Virus record (IMG/VR): IMGVR_UViG_2061766007_000649
Strand: one strand, 5' to 3'
Length of the DNA: 64,000 nt
Source: an uncultured virus (IMG/VR IMGVR_UViG_2061766007_000649)
Taxonomy: Duplodnaviria; Heunggongvirae; Uroviricota; Caudoviricetes; Crassvirales
Below the pieces are notes generated by a model. The model had not been told where the DNA came from, did no database searches, and worked only from the letters and a program-made list of their open reading frames with translations. The position numbers and the translations under genes were made by a program. Shown here one piece after another: positions 1 to 8,556 of this stretch. How positions within the stretch are numbered: the stretch's first letter is position 1; the number at the start of each line of letters is the position of its first letter.

Positions 1-493
1 GCTCCAATGTTTTGCCGCTATCAACAAGACATTCCACTGGTTGCTCCTTTTTATAGTAAAAATCAATCTCGTTCTGCGTAAGAGCGAATGCCCCGTGAGA
101 TGCGTTCTCTTCGTGCCAATCTTTCTTGACATCCAGCTTGTAACTCGGAGGTATTGAGCTAAACCCGGCGCAGACAGCCCTTTGGTCAAATTCTCTTTCA
201 GAATCAGGAGCTTTCAGCGACCACCCCTCCTTGAGTAAAAGCATAACGGCATCTTTAACTTCGGCTGAAACTTCCATCAGTTCCTTTTGCAGATTGACAG
301 CAGGCCGGATTACAATTGCTTTGGGCTTGAGTTTGGGTTGCTCCGGGAGGGTGTCGAGGAAGGCGAGAAGGTGTTCTGCTAATGTATTATTACCTTGTAT
401 CCTACCTAATTCAAGATAAGACGCATTGGTAGTCTCATTCCTTATTTGTCGCTTAATCTCGGTGCGGATGGTTTCTTTGTCTATTAGTGTCAT
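1..493 (-). CDS. hypothetical phage protein (3' end truncated by window edge)
   Basis: ATG at 493 (MTLIDKETIRTEIKRQ...) stays open to base 1; co-oriented with neighbours. Confidence 0.6.
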   Translation of the reverse strand, partial: MTLIDKETIRTEIKRQIRNETTNASYLELGRIQGNNTLAEHLLAFLDTLPEQPKLKPKAIVIRPAVNLQKELMEVSAEVKDAVMLLLKEGWSLKAPDSEREFDQRAVCAGFSSIPPSYKLDVKKDWHEENASHGAFALTQNEIDFYYKKEQPVECLVDSGKTLE

Positions 494-496
494 AAA

Positions 497-796
497 TCAA
501 TCTTCAAAATATATGGAGTCAACAGATACAATGCCACTACATTTCTCCAAATGCGTTTCGTCTTTCCATGCCTTTATATAAAAACATATTTGGTCACCTG
601 ACATTGTTTTTATTAAATTTTCTGGCTTAATTTGCAATGAAGGGTCTTGTAAATTACACCAAGATACTATGTCACTCAACACTGATTCCATTCTATTTTT
701 TGCTTTTTCTTGGGAATGATAATAAAATGGTCCCCAGGTAAGCATATGTTCGTCAGGAAAGATTATATTTCCTTCTATCTTACAATCCATATTCAT
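497..796 (-). CDS. hypothetical protein
   Basis: 99-aa ORF tightly packed in the minus-strand gene run. Confidence 0.65.
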   Translation of the reverse strand: MNMDCKIEGNIIFPDEHMLTWGPFYYHSQEKAKNRMESVLSDIVSWCNLQDPSLQIKPENLIKTMSGDQICFYIKAWKDETHLEKCSGIVSVDSIYFED

Positions 797-797
797 A

Positions 798-1184
798 TCA
801 AATTTTCAAGACAATATTTAATGGCTGNNNNNNNNNNNNNNNNNNNNNNNNNNNNNNNNNNNNNNNNNNNNNNNNNNNNNNNNNNNNNNNNNNNNNNNAT
901 ACATAACTCATGTCCATGTGTTGCTGTATTGATAAGAAGATGTGATGCACTTCCCTCAACCACTTCATTGCCATTTGGAGGGTTGGAGCAGAATAGCAAA
1001 CATAATAGAGGTGGTCACTTTGCTCTAAATCTGAATTAGATAAGGGCATATCAATGCTATCAAAAACTGGATGCCCAAACTTGTTAAGCGATTCTGTGTT
1101 ATAATAACAAATGCAACGCTCATCAAATCCCTTCTCTTTCAAGAGTTTGGCTGTTTCAAAACTTACATAATCTTCGGTAATCAT
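798..1184 (-). CDS. hypothetical phage protein (EDYVSFETAKLLKEKGF...APTLQMAMKWLRE type)
   Basis: ORF abutting neighbours; recalled as a motif type seen in Bacteroidota phages; contains N-gap. Confidence 0.75.
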   Translation of the reverse strand: MITEDYVSFETAKLLKEKGFDERCICYYNTESLNKFGHPVFDSIDMPLSNSDLEQSDHLYYVCYSAPTLQMAMKWLREVHHIFLSIQQHMDMSYVXXXXXXXXXXXXXXXXXXXXXXXXQPLNIVLKI

Positions 1185-1522
1185 GGCTGTTCAATTTTGT
1201 ACATATCTTTCGGTGCTTCAAGAGCAAGCCCTTTTTCAATCAGTCCACGATAATCAAAATGATGGACATTGAGCCAGTCATNNNNNNNNNNNNNNNNNNN
1301 NNNNNNNNNNNNNNNNNNNNNNNNNNNNNNNNNNNNNNNNNNNNNNNNNNNNNNNNNNNNNNNNNNNNNNNNNNNNNNNNNNNNNNNNNNGAATAACCCT
1401 TCTTCAGTATCATCTAAACCGACAATATATGCATCATCGTTATCTACAGTCTTAACGTGGGGCCAATACAGCAACCTCGCACAAAGGTCTTTAAGTAGTA
1501 AGTTTTTATTTTCCTGTGTCAT
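1181..1522 (-). CDS. hypothetical phage protein (LLLKDLCARL...HFDYRGLIEKGLALEAP type)
   Basis: ORF overlaps next gene by 4 nt; contains N-gap. Confidence 0.75.
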   Translation of the reverse strand: MTQENKNLLLKDLCARLLYWPHVKTVDNDDAYIVGLDDTEEGLFXXXXXXXXXXXXXXXXXXXXXXXXXXXXXXXXXXXXXDWLNVHHFDYRGLIEKGLALEAPKDMYKIEQP

Positions 1523-1573
1523 ATCTAAATCAAATTAAAAGGGCGCGTACTTGACGGGTAACGTCTAAATGTT

Positions 1574-1848
1574 CTATCTCGTGTTTATATGCGTTTGTCT
1601 TTCCGCGCCNNNNNNNNNNNNNNNNNNNNNNNNNNNNNNNNNCCAAGTGATTTCGGGGAAAAGTTCTTTAGGAAGTTCCCAAAGATCTCGCTCCACAAAC
1701 CACGTTTTGTTTCCATAGAAAATATCTCGAAATGGCTTATCATCATACATACATAGCCTCCCGTCTTCATCTCTCGCCACCCAGCCATGAATCTTGGGGA
1801 GAGATTCGTATTCTTCACAGGCTTTTCTAAAACCCTCTCGACATTCAT
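1574..1848 (-). CDS. hypothetical phage protein (W-x-ARDEDGRL motif), boundaries uncertain
   Basis: frame WVARDEDGRLCMYDDKPFR...LPKELFPEITW; N-gaps in and next to it. Confidence 0.5.
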
Positions 1849-2033
1849 AATCANNNNNNNNNNNNNNNNNNNNNNNNNNNNNNNNNNNNNNNNNNNNNNN
1901 NNNNNNNGTTAAGTTCTAATTCTAATGGGATTATTTCTTTTTCCTATTTAATAAGTCAAATGTCATCGCACCAACAGCTCCGCAGATAAATCCCACTATG
2001 GGAATAATCCAGAAGGGAATTGTTATTGTCATG

Positions 2034-3353
2034 TTATAATGCTTTTAGTTGTTCGTAGAGAGATTCAAGATTCGGTTTTATCCATTTCCTATCTCCATTA
2101 CAAACAGTACAATCTTGACTTATAGTTTCTTTCAATGCCTCCATCTGCTCCTCATTGGGTTTCCAAGAATATTTATGAAAATATCTTTCTATTTTCTCCC
2201 AGTCTCCTACCAAAAACGCTTTTTCAATCTCTTCGCACTCACTATTAGATAAACACATTTTCCCATTTGGTCTAATTTTATCGCAATACTTCATAAAAGC
2301 CAATGCTATTGCGTTTCTGGCCGTTTGAAAACCTTCTTTATATGATTCTTTTAATTGTTTTGGCTGAGGATGGATGGATTCGAGAAAATGAATATATCCG
2401 NNNNNNNNNNNNNNNNNNNNNNNNNNNNNNNNNNNGATTTCTTTTACCAAACTTATAAGACCAATTCTCATTTTCTCATCTTCCTCGCTCCATTCTTGTT
2501 TTGGCTGAAAGTTAATTCTTTCTGGAAGTTCTTGAAGCCAATGGATTTCTTCGGGCTTGCACTTTTTCCCGAATTTGGCGGCTATTGTGATATTATTTAA
2601 CATATCATAATCCTTCTCGCTCCAAGCGGACTTTGGCAAGTTATATTCTCCATCACGAATAGCTTTTAGAACCAAAATCTTTCCGTCATAACCACAGAAT
2701 GATTTAGAGGCTTTTTCATAGTCGTCTATTATAGAGTCTAACAGTTTTATCTCTTCCTCGTTCCACTCTGCAGGCTTGCAAAGACCGAATTGTTCTGGAT
2801 GGTCAATAACATCACTTCTCCCTGCCATTATTCCTTGGTAGAAATCAAGAGGAGGGACGCCATTTTCAGCGCGAGGCTTCTGCTCTTTCTGATAGTCGCA
2901 TTTTTCAAACCAATGCTTTTGAATGTATTGTAGCTGGGTAAGTCCATCTCTTTCTTCTGGGTTCTCTTTCCAAATATTACCGAGTTCCCATATACCAAGA
3001 ATGGTTTCACGAGAAGGTATGGGTTTCTGCTCTTTCTGCTTATCTTCCCTTCCGTGCTGATAACCGTCATTATATCCACTTTGATAAATGTCTTTGCGAA
3101 GTTTGTCAATATCAACTTTCTGCTCTTTCAGCTTTTCGAGCCAAGAAATACATTCCGGCGGAGAGAAAGGCCACCCCTTTTTCCAAGTACCGTGATTTAA
3201 AATGTCGATTAAGAACTTCCTTATCCTCTCGTCCTCGCTCTCGCGGAGTTCGGGGAAATAATGTTCTGCATCTTCTTTGGTCGCTCCATGAAGCCCGGGA
3301 TACAAATCTCGCATCCATGCAAGAGCCTCTTTGTATTTCTGTTCGTAGTTCAT
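2034..3353 (-). CDS. modular repeat protein (WSEED-type repeats)
   Basis: 439 aa with repeats EWNEEEIK, AWSEKDYD, EWSEEDEK, WKPNEEQM. Confidence 0.85.
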   Translation of the reverse strand: MNYEQKYKEALAWMRDLYPGLHGATKEDAEHYFPELRESEDERIRKFLIDILNHGTWKKGWPFSPPECISWLEKLKEQKVDIDKLRKDIYQSGYNDGYQHGREDKQKEQKPIPSRETILGIWELGNIWKENPEERDGLTQLQYIQKHWFEKCDYQKEQKPRAENGVPPLDFYQGIMAGRSDVIDHPEQFGLCKPAEWNEEEIKLLDSIIDDYEKASKSFCGYDGKILVLKAIRDGEYNLPKSAWSEKDYDMLNNITIAAKFGKKCKPEEIHWLQELPERINFQPKQEWSEEDEKMRIGLISLVKEIXXXXXXXXXXXXGYIHFLESIHPQPKQLKESYKEGFQTARNAIALAFMKYCDKIRPNGKMCLSNSECEEIEKAFLVGDWEKIERYFHKYSWKPNEEQMEALKETISQDCTVCNGDRKWIKPNLESLYEQLKAL

Positions 3354-3386
3354 TTTTCTCTTAATTATACATTATAAATAAAAAAT

Positions 3387-3412
3387 AAAGGGAGGACATA
3401 AATCCTCCCTTT
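3387..3412 (-). terminator. intrinsic terminator
   Basis: AAAGGGAGGA-cataaa-TCCTCCCTTT; upstream A-run reads as a U-tail on the minus strand. Confidence 0.7.
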
Positions 3413-3419
3413 GACTCAA

Positions 3420-3528
3420 AAGAATAAGTGTAAACTAATAAGATGTGAATATGATTAACTATCAACTAATACAACACTATATGACCGACAAACGTTTTCA
3501 GGAAATTTATTAGTTCACACTTATTCTT
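3420..3528 (-). repeat. 22-bp inverted repeat with 65-nt spacer (candidate structured RNA)
   Basis: AAGAATAAGTGTAAACTAATAA (3420-3441) vs TTATTAGTTCACACTTATTCTT (3507-3528); the single mismatch is a G-U pair on the minus strand. Confidence 0.75.
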
Positions 3529-3586
3529 ATTTTATTCAGCAAGGATTGAGAAAATTGACTCAAGTACTCTCTTTAATTTATCAGCA

Positions 3587-4192
3587 TTAATAGTAATGCC
3601 CCNNNNNNNNNNCAATCTTTACTGCAGGATTAATCTTTTTTCTGTCCCCAAGAATAAATGCTGCTTTCTTGGGGTCTTCAATCATTTTTTCTCGGAGATG
3701 GGCATAATACCTATNNNNNNNNNNNNNNNNNNNNNNNNNNNNNNNNNNNNNNNNNNNNNNNNNNNNNNNNNNNNNNNNNNNNNNNNNNNNNNNNNNNNNN
3801 NNNNNNNNNNNNNNNNNATCAATAATTTGATAGGTGAAACTCTTGCCTCCAAAATTGTCACAGGTACGTTTGAGATGGGCAATTAATCTCTGCTCCTCAG
3901 ATAGTTTCCTCCACTCTTTCACATTCTTGAACCACTCTGGACAAGCGATTGAAATGAAGTAATCATATGCATCCTTGCACATAGTGATTTTGCGAGTAGC
4001 AGTGGAAGGAATAGTAGGGGTAAATTTATATTTACCCTTTTTGATGACTTTGTATCCCTCATCATTCTTAAATTTCTGATTAGGGAACAAATCTTTCTTA
4101 GTCAAGGCGTATTTACGCACTTCAGTCTCTCCACGCAGGAGAGTACCCCCCTCCATATAAATGGTCAGGAGGATTTTGGGTTCGGTATTCAT
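3587..4192 (-). CDS. hypothetical protein (possibly two genes; gap at 3715-3817)
   Basis: ORF MNTEPKILLTIYMEGG...; the gap may hide a stop/start. Confidence 0.6.
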   Translation of the reverse strand: MNTEPKILLTIYMEGGTLLRGETEVRKYALTKKDLFPNQKFKNDEGYKVIKKGKYKFTPTIPSTATRKITMCKDAYDYFISIACPEWFKNVKEWRKLSEEQRLIAHLKRTCDNFGGKSFTYQIIDXXXXXXXXXXXXXXXXXXXXXXXXXXXXXXXXXXXRYYAHLREKMIEDPKKAAFILGDRKKINPAVKIXXXXGHYY

Positions 4193-4356
4193 TTATTTAG
4201 TTGCCCCATTTGGGTAGATTCTTTTTTATATTTGACACATTTGAGTGCCTCTAATCTCTTTATTTGCTCTTCTCTTGAGATAGAATTACTTGTAGAGTAA
4301 GTTGGAGACACTATTTTTTCCGTGTAATACCCCATTGTTGTAAAGCACTTATTCAT
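4189..4356 (-). CDS. small hypothetical protein (55 aa)
   Basis: manual translation MNKCFTTMGYYTEK...QMGQLNK*; TGA overlaps ATG of next gene. Confidence 0.5.
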   Translation of the reverse strand: MNKCFTTMGYYTEKIVSPTYSTSNSISREEQIKRLEALKCVKYKKESTQMGQLNK

Positions 4357-4433
4357 ATAATGTGAGATGAAATATAGTTATGAATTTTCAATGTAAGTTA
4401 AAACACCCTCTGGAAACAACAGCACAAAAAACA

Positions 4434-4457
4434 AGGAGTGGTCATAAGACCACTCCT
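4434..4457 (-). terminator. intrinsic terminator
   Basis: AGGAGTGGTC-ataa-GACCACTCCT with U-rich tail on the minus strand. Confidence 0.7.
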
Positions 4458-4529
4458 ATATACTTGAGATACAAGTACTTACAATCTTCAAATTAGAAAG
4501 ACTCTAAACTAATTTAGAAAGATTCTAAA

Positions 4530-4817
4530 TTACTTAATCTCAATACGCTGAATGTCAGCATCACCCTCACGGCTCAGCGTAACAACTTCAGCCTTCGTCA
4601 AATCAACACTGTCACCCACCTGCGTAGGCTTCGAGGTATTGGAGACGGGCATAAACTTCATACCCCCACTCTTGAGCATAAAGCACACGCTATGCCCAAA
4701 ATCAGAGGCAACAACACTCGCAGAGGCGACATCGTTGATGTCCTCAGCAGAGAATGCAGAACGGCCAGACTCCTCCCACTTACCGCGGTACAGACGAAGA
4801 GAATTAAGAATACCCAT
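4530..4817 (-). CDS. hypothetical small beta-rich protein, paralogue 1
   Basis: 95 aa; aligns by eye with 5311-5604. Confidence 0.8.
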   Translation of the reverse strand: MGILNSLRLYRGKWEESGRSAFSAEDINDVASASVVASDFGHSVCFMLKSGGMKFMPVSNTSKPTQVGDSVDLTKAEVVTLSREGDADIQRIEIK

Positions 4818-4933
4818 AATAGATGTTAGATTTAAAATGTTAGAAAATAGAAAATAATAGTACGGTTAAATACAAGATTGTAGATAACCAGAGGGAGGGA
4901 CAGGTAATTGCCAGGAGACAAGACCACAAGACA

Positions 4934-5077
4934 ACAACAGCCCCCAGACAACAAACTGTAAACAACAGACAAGAACAACAGTCATCCTCTAGGACACAAC
5001 AGACAAGGCCAGCCTCTTGGACACAACATACAAAAAAAATAAACAACAGCCAAGTAACAACACACAAGACACAACAG
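4934..5077. repeat. array of ACAACA(G) motifs
   Basis: copies start at 4934, 4948, 4962, 4975, 4996, 5023, 5043, 5057, 5071. Confidence 0.7.
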
Positions 5078-5103
5078 CCACTAGGAGAGGGAGAGTAAAA
5101 AAT

Positions 5104-5128
5104 AAAAGGGAGGATAAACCTCCCTTTT
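5104..5128 (-). terminator. intrinsic terminator
   Basis: AAAAGGGAGG-ataaa-CCTCCCTTTT. Confidence 0.7.
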
Positions 5129-5130
5129 AA

Positions 5131-5286
5131 TTAATATTGATCAGCATACCTATCAAATGGCCCCCCACAATCATCGGGCTTCTTAAAGCCTATAAGAATG
5201 TCTTTGCAGGTACTCTTATACATACACAGTGCACATGGTCCTATAGCAGAGCTAAGACCAAACTTTATCACTTCTTCAGCAGTCAT
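5131..5286 (-). CDS. small Cys-rich protein (51 aa)
   Basis: MTAEEVIKFGLSSAIGPCALCMYKSTC...DDCGGPF; manual translation. Confidence 0.5.
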   Translation of the reverse strand: MTAEEVIKFGLSSAIGPCALCMYKSTCKDILIGFKKPDDCGGPFDRYADQY

Positions 5287-5310
5287 AATATATAATGGTT
5301 AATTGGGGAA

Positions 5311-5604
5311 TTATTCATCCCCAAGGTACAACAACTTATCAGTCTCTTGGTCCATGCCTCTCTTGAGGTGGACAATCACACACTTTTCCTTCTTGAGGAC
5401 AGTGTCCACAGGAAGGTCAGCGCACTCTCTACTGAGAGAATAGAAGCAGTATCCAGTAGGAGTGGATACACGAGCAGACTTGCCATACTGAGCAGGCACA
5501 ACTTTGATTTCCTCAATCTCATTGAGTTCATCATTGGAGAAGCCTTCACGAGAAACCTCTTCCCAGCTCTTGTTATAGAGCACCTTAGAATCTAAAAGTC
5601 CCAT
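5311..5604 (-). CDS. hypothetical small beta-rich protein, paralogue 2
   Basis: 97 aa with an A/C-rich leader; similar to 4530-4817. Confidence 0.8.
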   Translation of the reverse strand: MGLLDSKVLYNKSWEEVSREGFSNDELNEIEEIKVVPAQYGKSARVSTPTGYCFYSLSRECADLPVDTVLKKEKCVIVHLKRGMDQETDKLLYLGDE

Positions 5605-5652
5605 AATTGTTTGTTGTTTAAATGTTTGTTGATTGTTGATTGTTAGTAATTA

Positions 5653-5802
5653 TTAAAAGGTAATATCATCCTCCTCTTGGCAATCCCACTCTCTCAATGC
5701 TTCATCAGGAGTATAACCATGATCCATAAGGTATTTAACCTCTTCCTCTAAGCCATAATTTGCTGCTACAGCAATGGCTTCATCATAAGTGTAGTATGAC
5801 AT
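5653..5802 (-). CDS. small acidic protein (49 aa)
   Basis: MSYYTYDEAIAVAANYGLEEEVKYLMDHGYTPDEALREWD...; manual translation. Confidence 0.55.
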   Translation of the reverse strand: MSYYTYDEAIAVAANYGLEEEVKYLMDHGYTPDEALREWDCQEEDDITF

Positions 5803-5814
5803 ATTCTTAATTAA

Positions 5815-6132
5815 TTAAAGGACAATAACTTTAGGAGTAGTCTTAACTTTGCTTTGCTTTGGTTCTACAAATGCCACACACGGGATGCCCCCAAACCTCT
5901 TTATGAGATAATATCTCTCATAGGAGGTTTTGTTGGTCTCATACCAATTGCCATCAATAAGCACAAGGTAATCAGTCTTGAACTTACCAGTCTTGGACTC
6001 ATAAGTCTCCTTATCAAACTTGATAGAGGAATACTTAACAACAGTAGTGTCTTTCTCAGAAACTTTGGTATTCTGAGCACCTGCAATAACACTTGCTACA
6101 AGCATCATTGCCCCAATGAACATTTTCTTCAT
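5815..6132 (-). CDS. secreted/periplasmic hypothetical protein
   Basis: Sec signal peptide MKKMFIGAMMLVASVIAGA-Q. Confidence 0.75.
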   Translation of the reverse strand: MKKMFIGAMMLVASVIAGAQNTKVSEKDTTVVKYSSIKFDKETYESKTGKFKTDYLVLIDGNWYETNKTSYERYYLIKRFGGIPCVAFVEPKQSKVKTTPKVIVL

Positions 6133-6140
6133 ATTATTTG

Positions 6141-6488
6141 TTATTTATTGTTAATGGCATCAATCTCATCATCAATCACATCAATCTTAGCCCGTCTGAG
6201 TTGAATCTTAAGTGCTTGTAAATCCAGGGATGCCTGACACCAACAAGATTGATTGAACGGAGTGCCATAATGGTAGGCGCGGGTAAACTGGACACAGTAG
6301 AACTTTCTGTTGAAAGCAGCACTTGGGGACAGAATCTCAGCATGACTGAAATCCAGATATTTGCCCACCTTGCTGGCAGCGGCAGCAGTGATTGGAAGAG
6401 CAATCACCACTTTGTAACCATCCTGACAAAGTTTCAGGGTAACATACTTAGGAGCATTGATGTCCACGAAGATTTGATTCTTTCTCAT
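6141..6488 (-). CDS. hypothetical protein
   Basis: 115-aa ORF in the gene run. Confidence 0.65.
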   Translation of the reverse strand: MRKNQIFVDINAPKYVTLKLCQDGYKVVIALPITAAAASKVGKYLDFSHAEILSPSAAFNRKFYCVQFTRAYHYGTPFNQSCWCQASLDLQALKIQLRRAKIDVIDDEIDAINNK

Positions 6489-6500
6489 GATTGTAAGATT

Positions 6501-6773
6501 TTAGAGGTAAATTTTGAAATGACAGTTTTGGAAGATTTTAATATCTGCTCTGCAGATGTAGAGTTTTCTACCAAACACATAAGTGTAAGGCTTATCACAG
6601 TCAGACACTCTTTTTCTTTTAGGTGTCTCATTGAGTTGCATCTCTTCTAAAGAGACTCTCACAGCATTAATGTTTGCCATAATACTTTTCCCAGAATTCA
6701 AAAGTATCAAGATGTTCATTATCAAGAGCCCTCTGCATTTCATATGCATATCTCTTGTAGTTCCATGTGACAA
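6501..6773 (-). CDS. hypothetical protein (start uncertain)
   Basis: ORF fills the space between co-oriented genes. Confidence 0.45.
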   Translation of the reverse strand: MSHGTTRDMHMKCRGLLIMNILILLNSGKSIMANINAVRVSLEEMQLNETPKRKRVSDCDKPYTYVFGRKLYICRADIKIFQNCHFKIYL

Positions 6774-6802
6774 TTCCTAATCTAATTAAGAATTTGTCTA
6801 AT

Positions 6803-7102
6803 TTAGTTAATCTTGTCATTTTGTCTTATTTTAATAAGTTGATAAGCAGTAGCATATTCATCATACACATCTCCCTCCCAGATAGTATCAGGTAAATACT
6901 CCTCATACTTCTCATCCACATAATCACACACCTCATCCAAAACAGCTTCAGTAGCATCCATGTACATTCTGTACTCAATACTTTCTTGAATAGAAGCTTG
7001 TTCTACAGTGTACAATTGATCAGACAGACTCTGTGCTTTCCAGTAGAGCCCAAAGCATGCAACACCTAGTATTGCGATGGCCCAATTCTTTAAACTAGAC
7101 AT
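6803..7102 (-). CDS. membrane-anchored hypothetical protein
   Basis: N-terminal TM WAIAILGVACFGLYW, acidic remainder. Confidence 0.7.
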   Translation of the reverse strand: MSSLKNWAIAILGVACFGLYWKAQSLSDQLYTVEQASIQESIEYRMYMDATEAVLDEVCDYVDEKYEEYLPDTIWEGDVYDEYATAYQLIKIRQNDKIN

Positions 7103-7423
7103 AATATTATTAGATAAACAGAAAAGTCAATTACCCCAATCATTATCACAAAAGTAACCCTTCCAACCACCCAATTCCTTCTACACAGTGCTGAGTAAGG
7201 GCTTCTGAAATCTTGCTGTCGAATAGTTGATGGCTATTTCAGAATCAGCAGGAAGGGCTTCTTGTAAGACAAAAAGCATTCCCTCTCCGAATGCCGGGGG
7301 GCAGAACCCCAATCTGGCGAAGCCAGGGGGAGGGGTTAAGTATCNNNNNNNNNNNNNNNNNNNNNNNNNNNNNNNNNNNNNNNNNNNNNNNNNNNNNNNN
7401 CCCCAATAAAACCCCTTCTACTA

Positions 7424-7456
7424 TTGTTTTTCTCAAAATTTATACTTACCTTTGCA
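7424..7456 (+). promoter_or_regulatory. Bacteroidota sigma-A-type promoter
   Basis: TTG (7424), N20, TACCTTTGCA (7447). Confidence 0.7.
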
Positions 7457-7474
7457 TCAATAAATTAAAGAACA

Positions 7475-8068
7475 ATGGTAGTAATTTTAGGAACAGCCCA
7501 TTCAAAAAGCACTCCTGGCAAATGCAGTCCAGATAAAACTCTTAGAGAGTATACTTACTCCAGGGAGATCTGCAAGAAAATAAAGGAGCAACTTATGGCT
7601 AAGGGCATAATAACTGTTATAGACATAGAAGGGGATGAAGAAATTTCTCTCCAGAACAGATGCAATATAGTAAATAAGTACTGTGCTCAATTTGGAAAAG
7701 ACAATTGTATATATGTATCTGTACATGTAAATGCTGCCGGTATGGGAGATAAGTGGATGAGTGCTAAGGGATGGTCGGTTTTTGTGTGTCCTATGGCATC
7801 TCAAAATTCAAGAACTCTGGCACAAACTCTCTGCACAACTGCTTTATCCAAGAATCTTAAAGGCAATCGTTCAGTTCCTATTAATAAATACTGGACATCA
7901 AATCTCTATGTTTTGAAGAATACCAAGTGTCCTGCAGTACTTACAGAGAATCTGTTCCAAGACAATAAGGAGGATGTAGCATTTTTACTTTCAGAGAAAG
8001 GAAAACAGACTATCACTGAAGTACATGTTGAAGGAATATTGACTTATCTTAAAACTTTAGGAAAATGA
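7475..8068 (+). CDS. N-acetylmuramoyl-L-alanine amidase (Amidase_3) endolysin
   Basis: Zn ligand/catalytic motifs ILGTAH, RE, SVHVNAAG, LYVLKNTKCPAVLTENLFQDN. Confidence 0.92.
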   Translation: MVVILGTAHSKSTPGKCSPDKTLREYTYSREICKKIKEQLMAKGIITVIDIEGDEEISLQNRCNIVNKYCAQFGKDNCIYVSVHVNAAGMGDKWMSAKGWSVFVCPMASQNSRTLAQTLCTTALSKNLKGNRSVPINKYWTSNLYVLKNTKCPAVLTENLFQDNKEDVAFLLSEKGKQTITEVHVEGILTYLKTLGK

Positions 8069-8556
8069 AGAGAAAATTACCCAAACTCCTACTCTTCCTT
8101 ACTCTCTCACTCTCGACCTTATGTTTGCCAAGTTGTGGATTGGTGAAGCACTGTCCTCAAAAGGAAGAAACAATAGTACATCACATAGACTCTATTGCTT
8201 GGCATGATTCTACTGTGATTACTTACTTAGAAAAGGAGAGAATAGTAGATGTGGTTAAACCTTATGATACTCTTAATCTGGAAACAACTTATGCTAAAGC
8301 ACAGGCTTATGTAGACACTACTTTAGGGGCACTCAAAGGGAGTATTGAAAACAAGCCTGATGTTCCTGTAAAAACTCAGATTAAATGGAAAGAAAAGATA
8401 GTATACAGAGATAGCATAGTAACCAAGGAAGTGCCAGTAGAGGTAACCAAAGAAGTTATTAAATACCCCAAAACTTATTGGTGGTTTATGGCAATTTCAA
8501 TTGCTGCTCTTGTATATATAATAATAAAGGTATATTTAAAATTCAAAAAGATATGA
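8065..8556 (+). CDS. lipoprotein with C-terminal TM (unimolecular spanin-like)
   Basis: lipobox LPSC after a signal peptide plus C-terminal TM WWFMAISIAALVYIII; adjacent to endolysin. Confidence 0.65.
   Translation: MKRKLPKLLLFLTLSLSTLCLPSCGLVKHCPQKEETIVHHIDSIAWHDSTVITYLEKERIVDVVKPYDTLNLETTYAKAQAYVDTTLGALKGSIENKPDVPVKTQIKWKEKIVYRDSIVTKEVPVEVTKEVIKYPKTYWWFMAISIAALVYIIIKVYLKFKKI

Noticed and set aside
4840..5067. 75-aa Cys/Val/Leu-rich ORF; also considered a CRISPR-like array
   Set aside because: Composition is a by-product of TG-rich repeats; the repeats are only 6-7 nt with no 30-40 nt spacers
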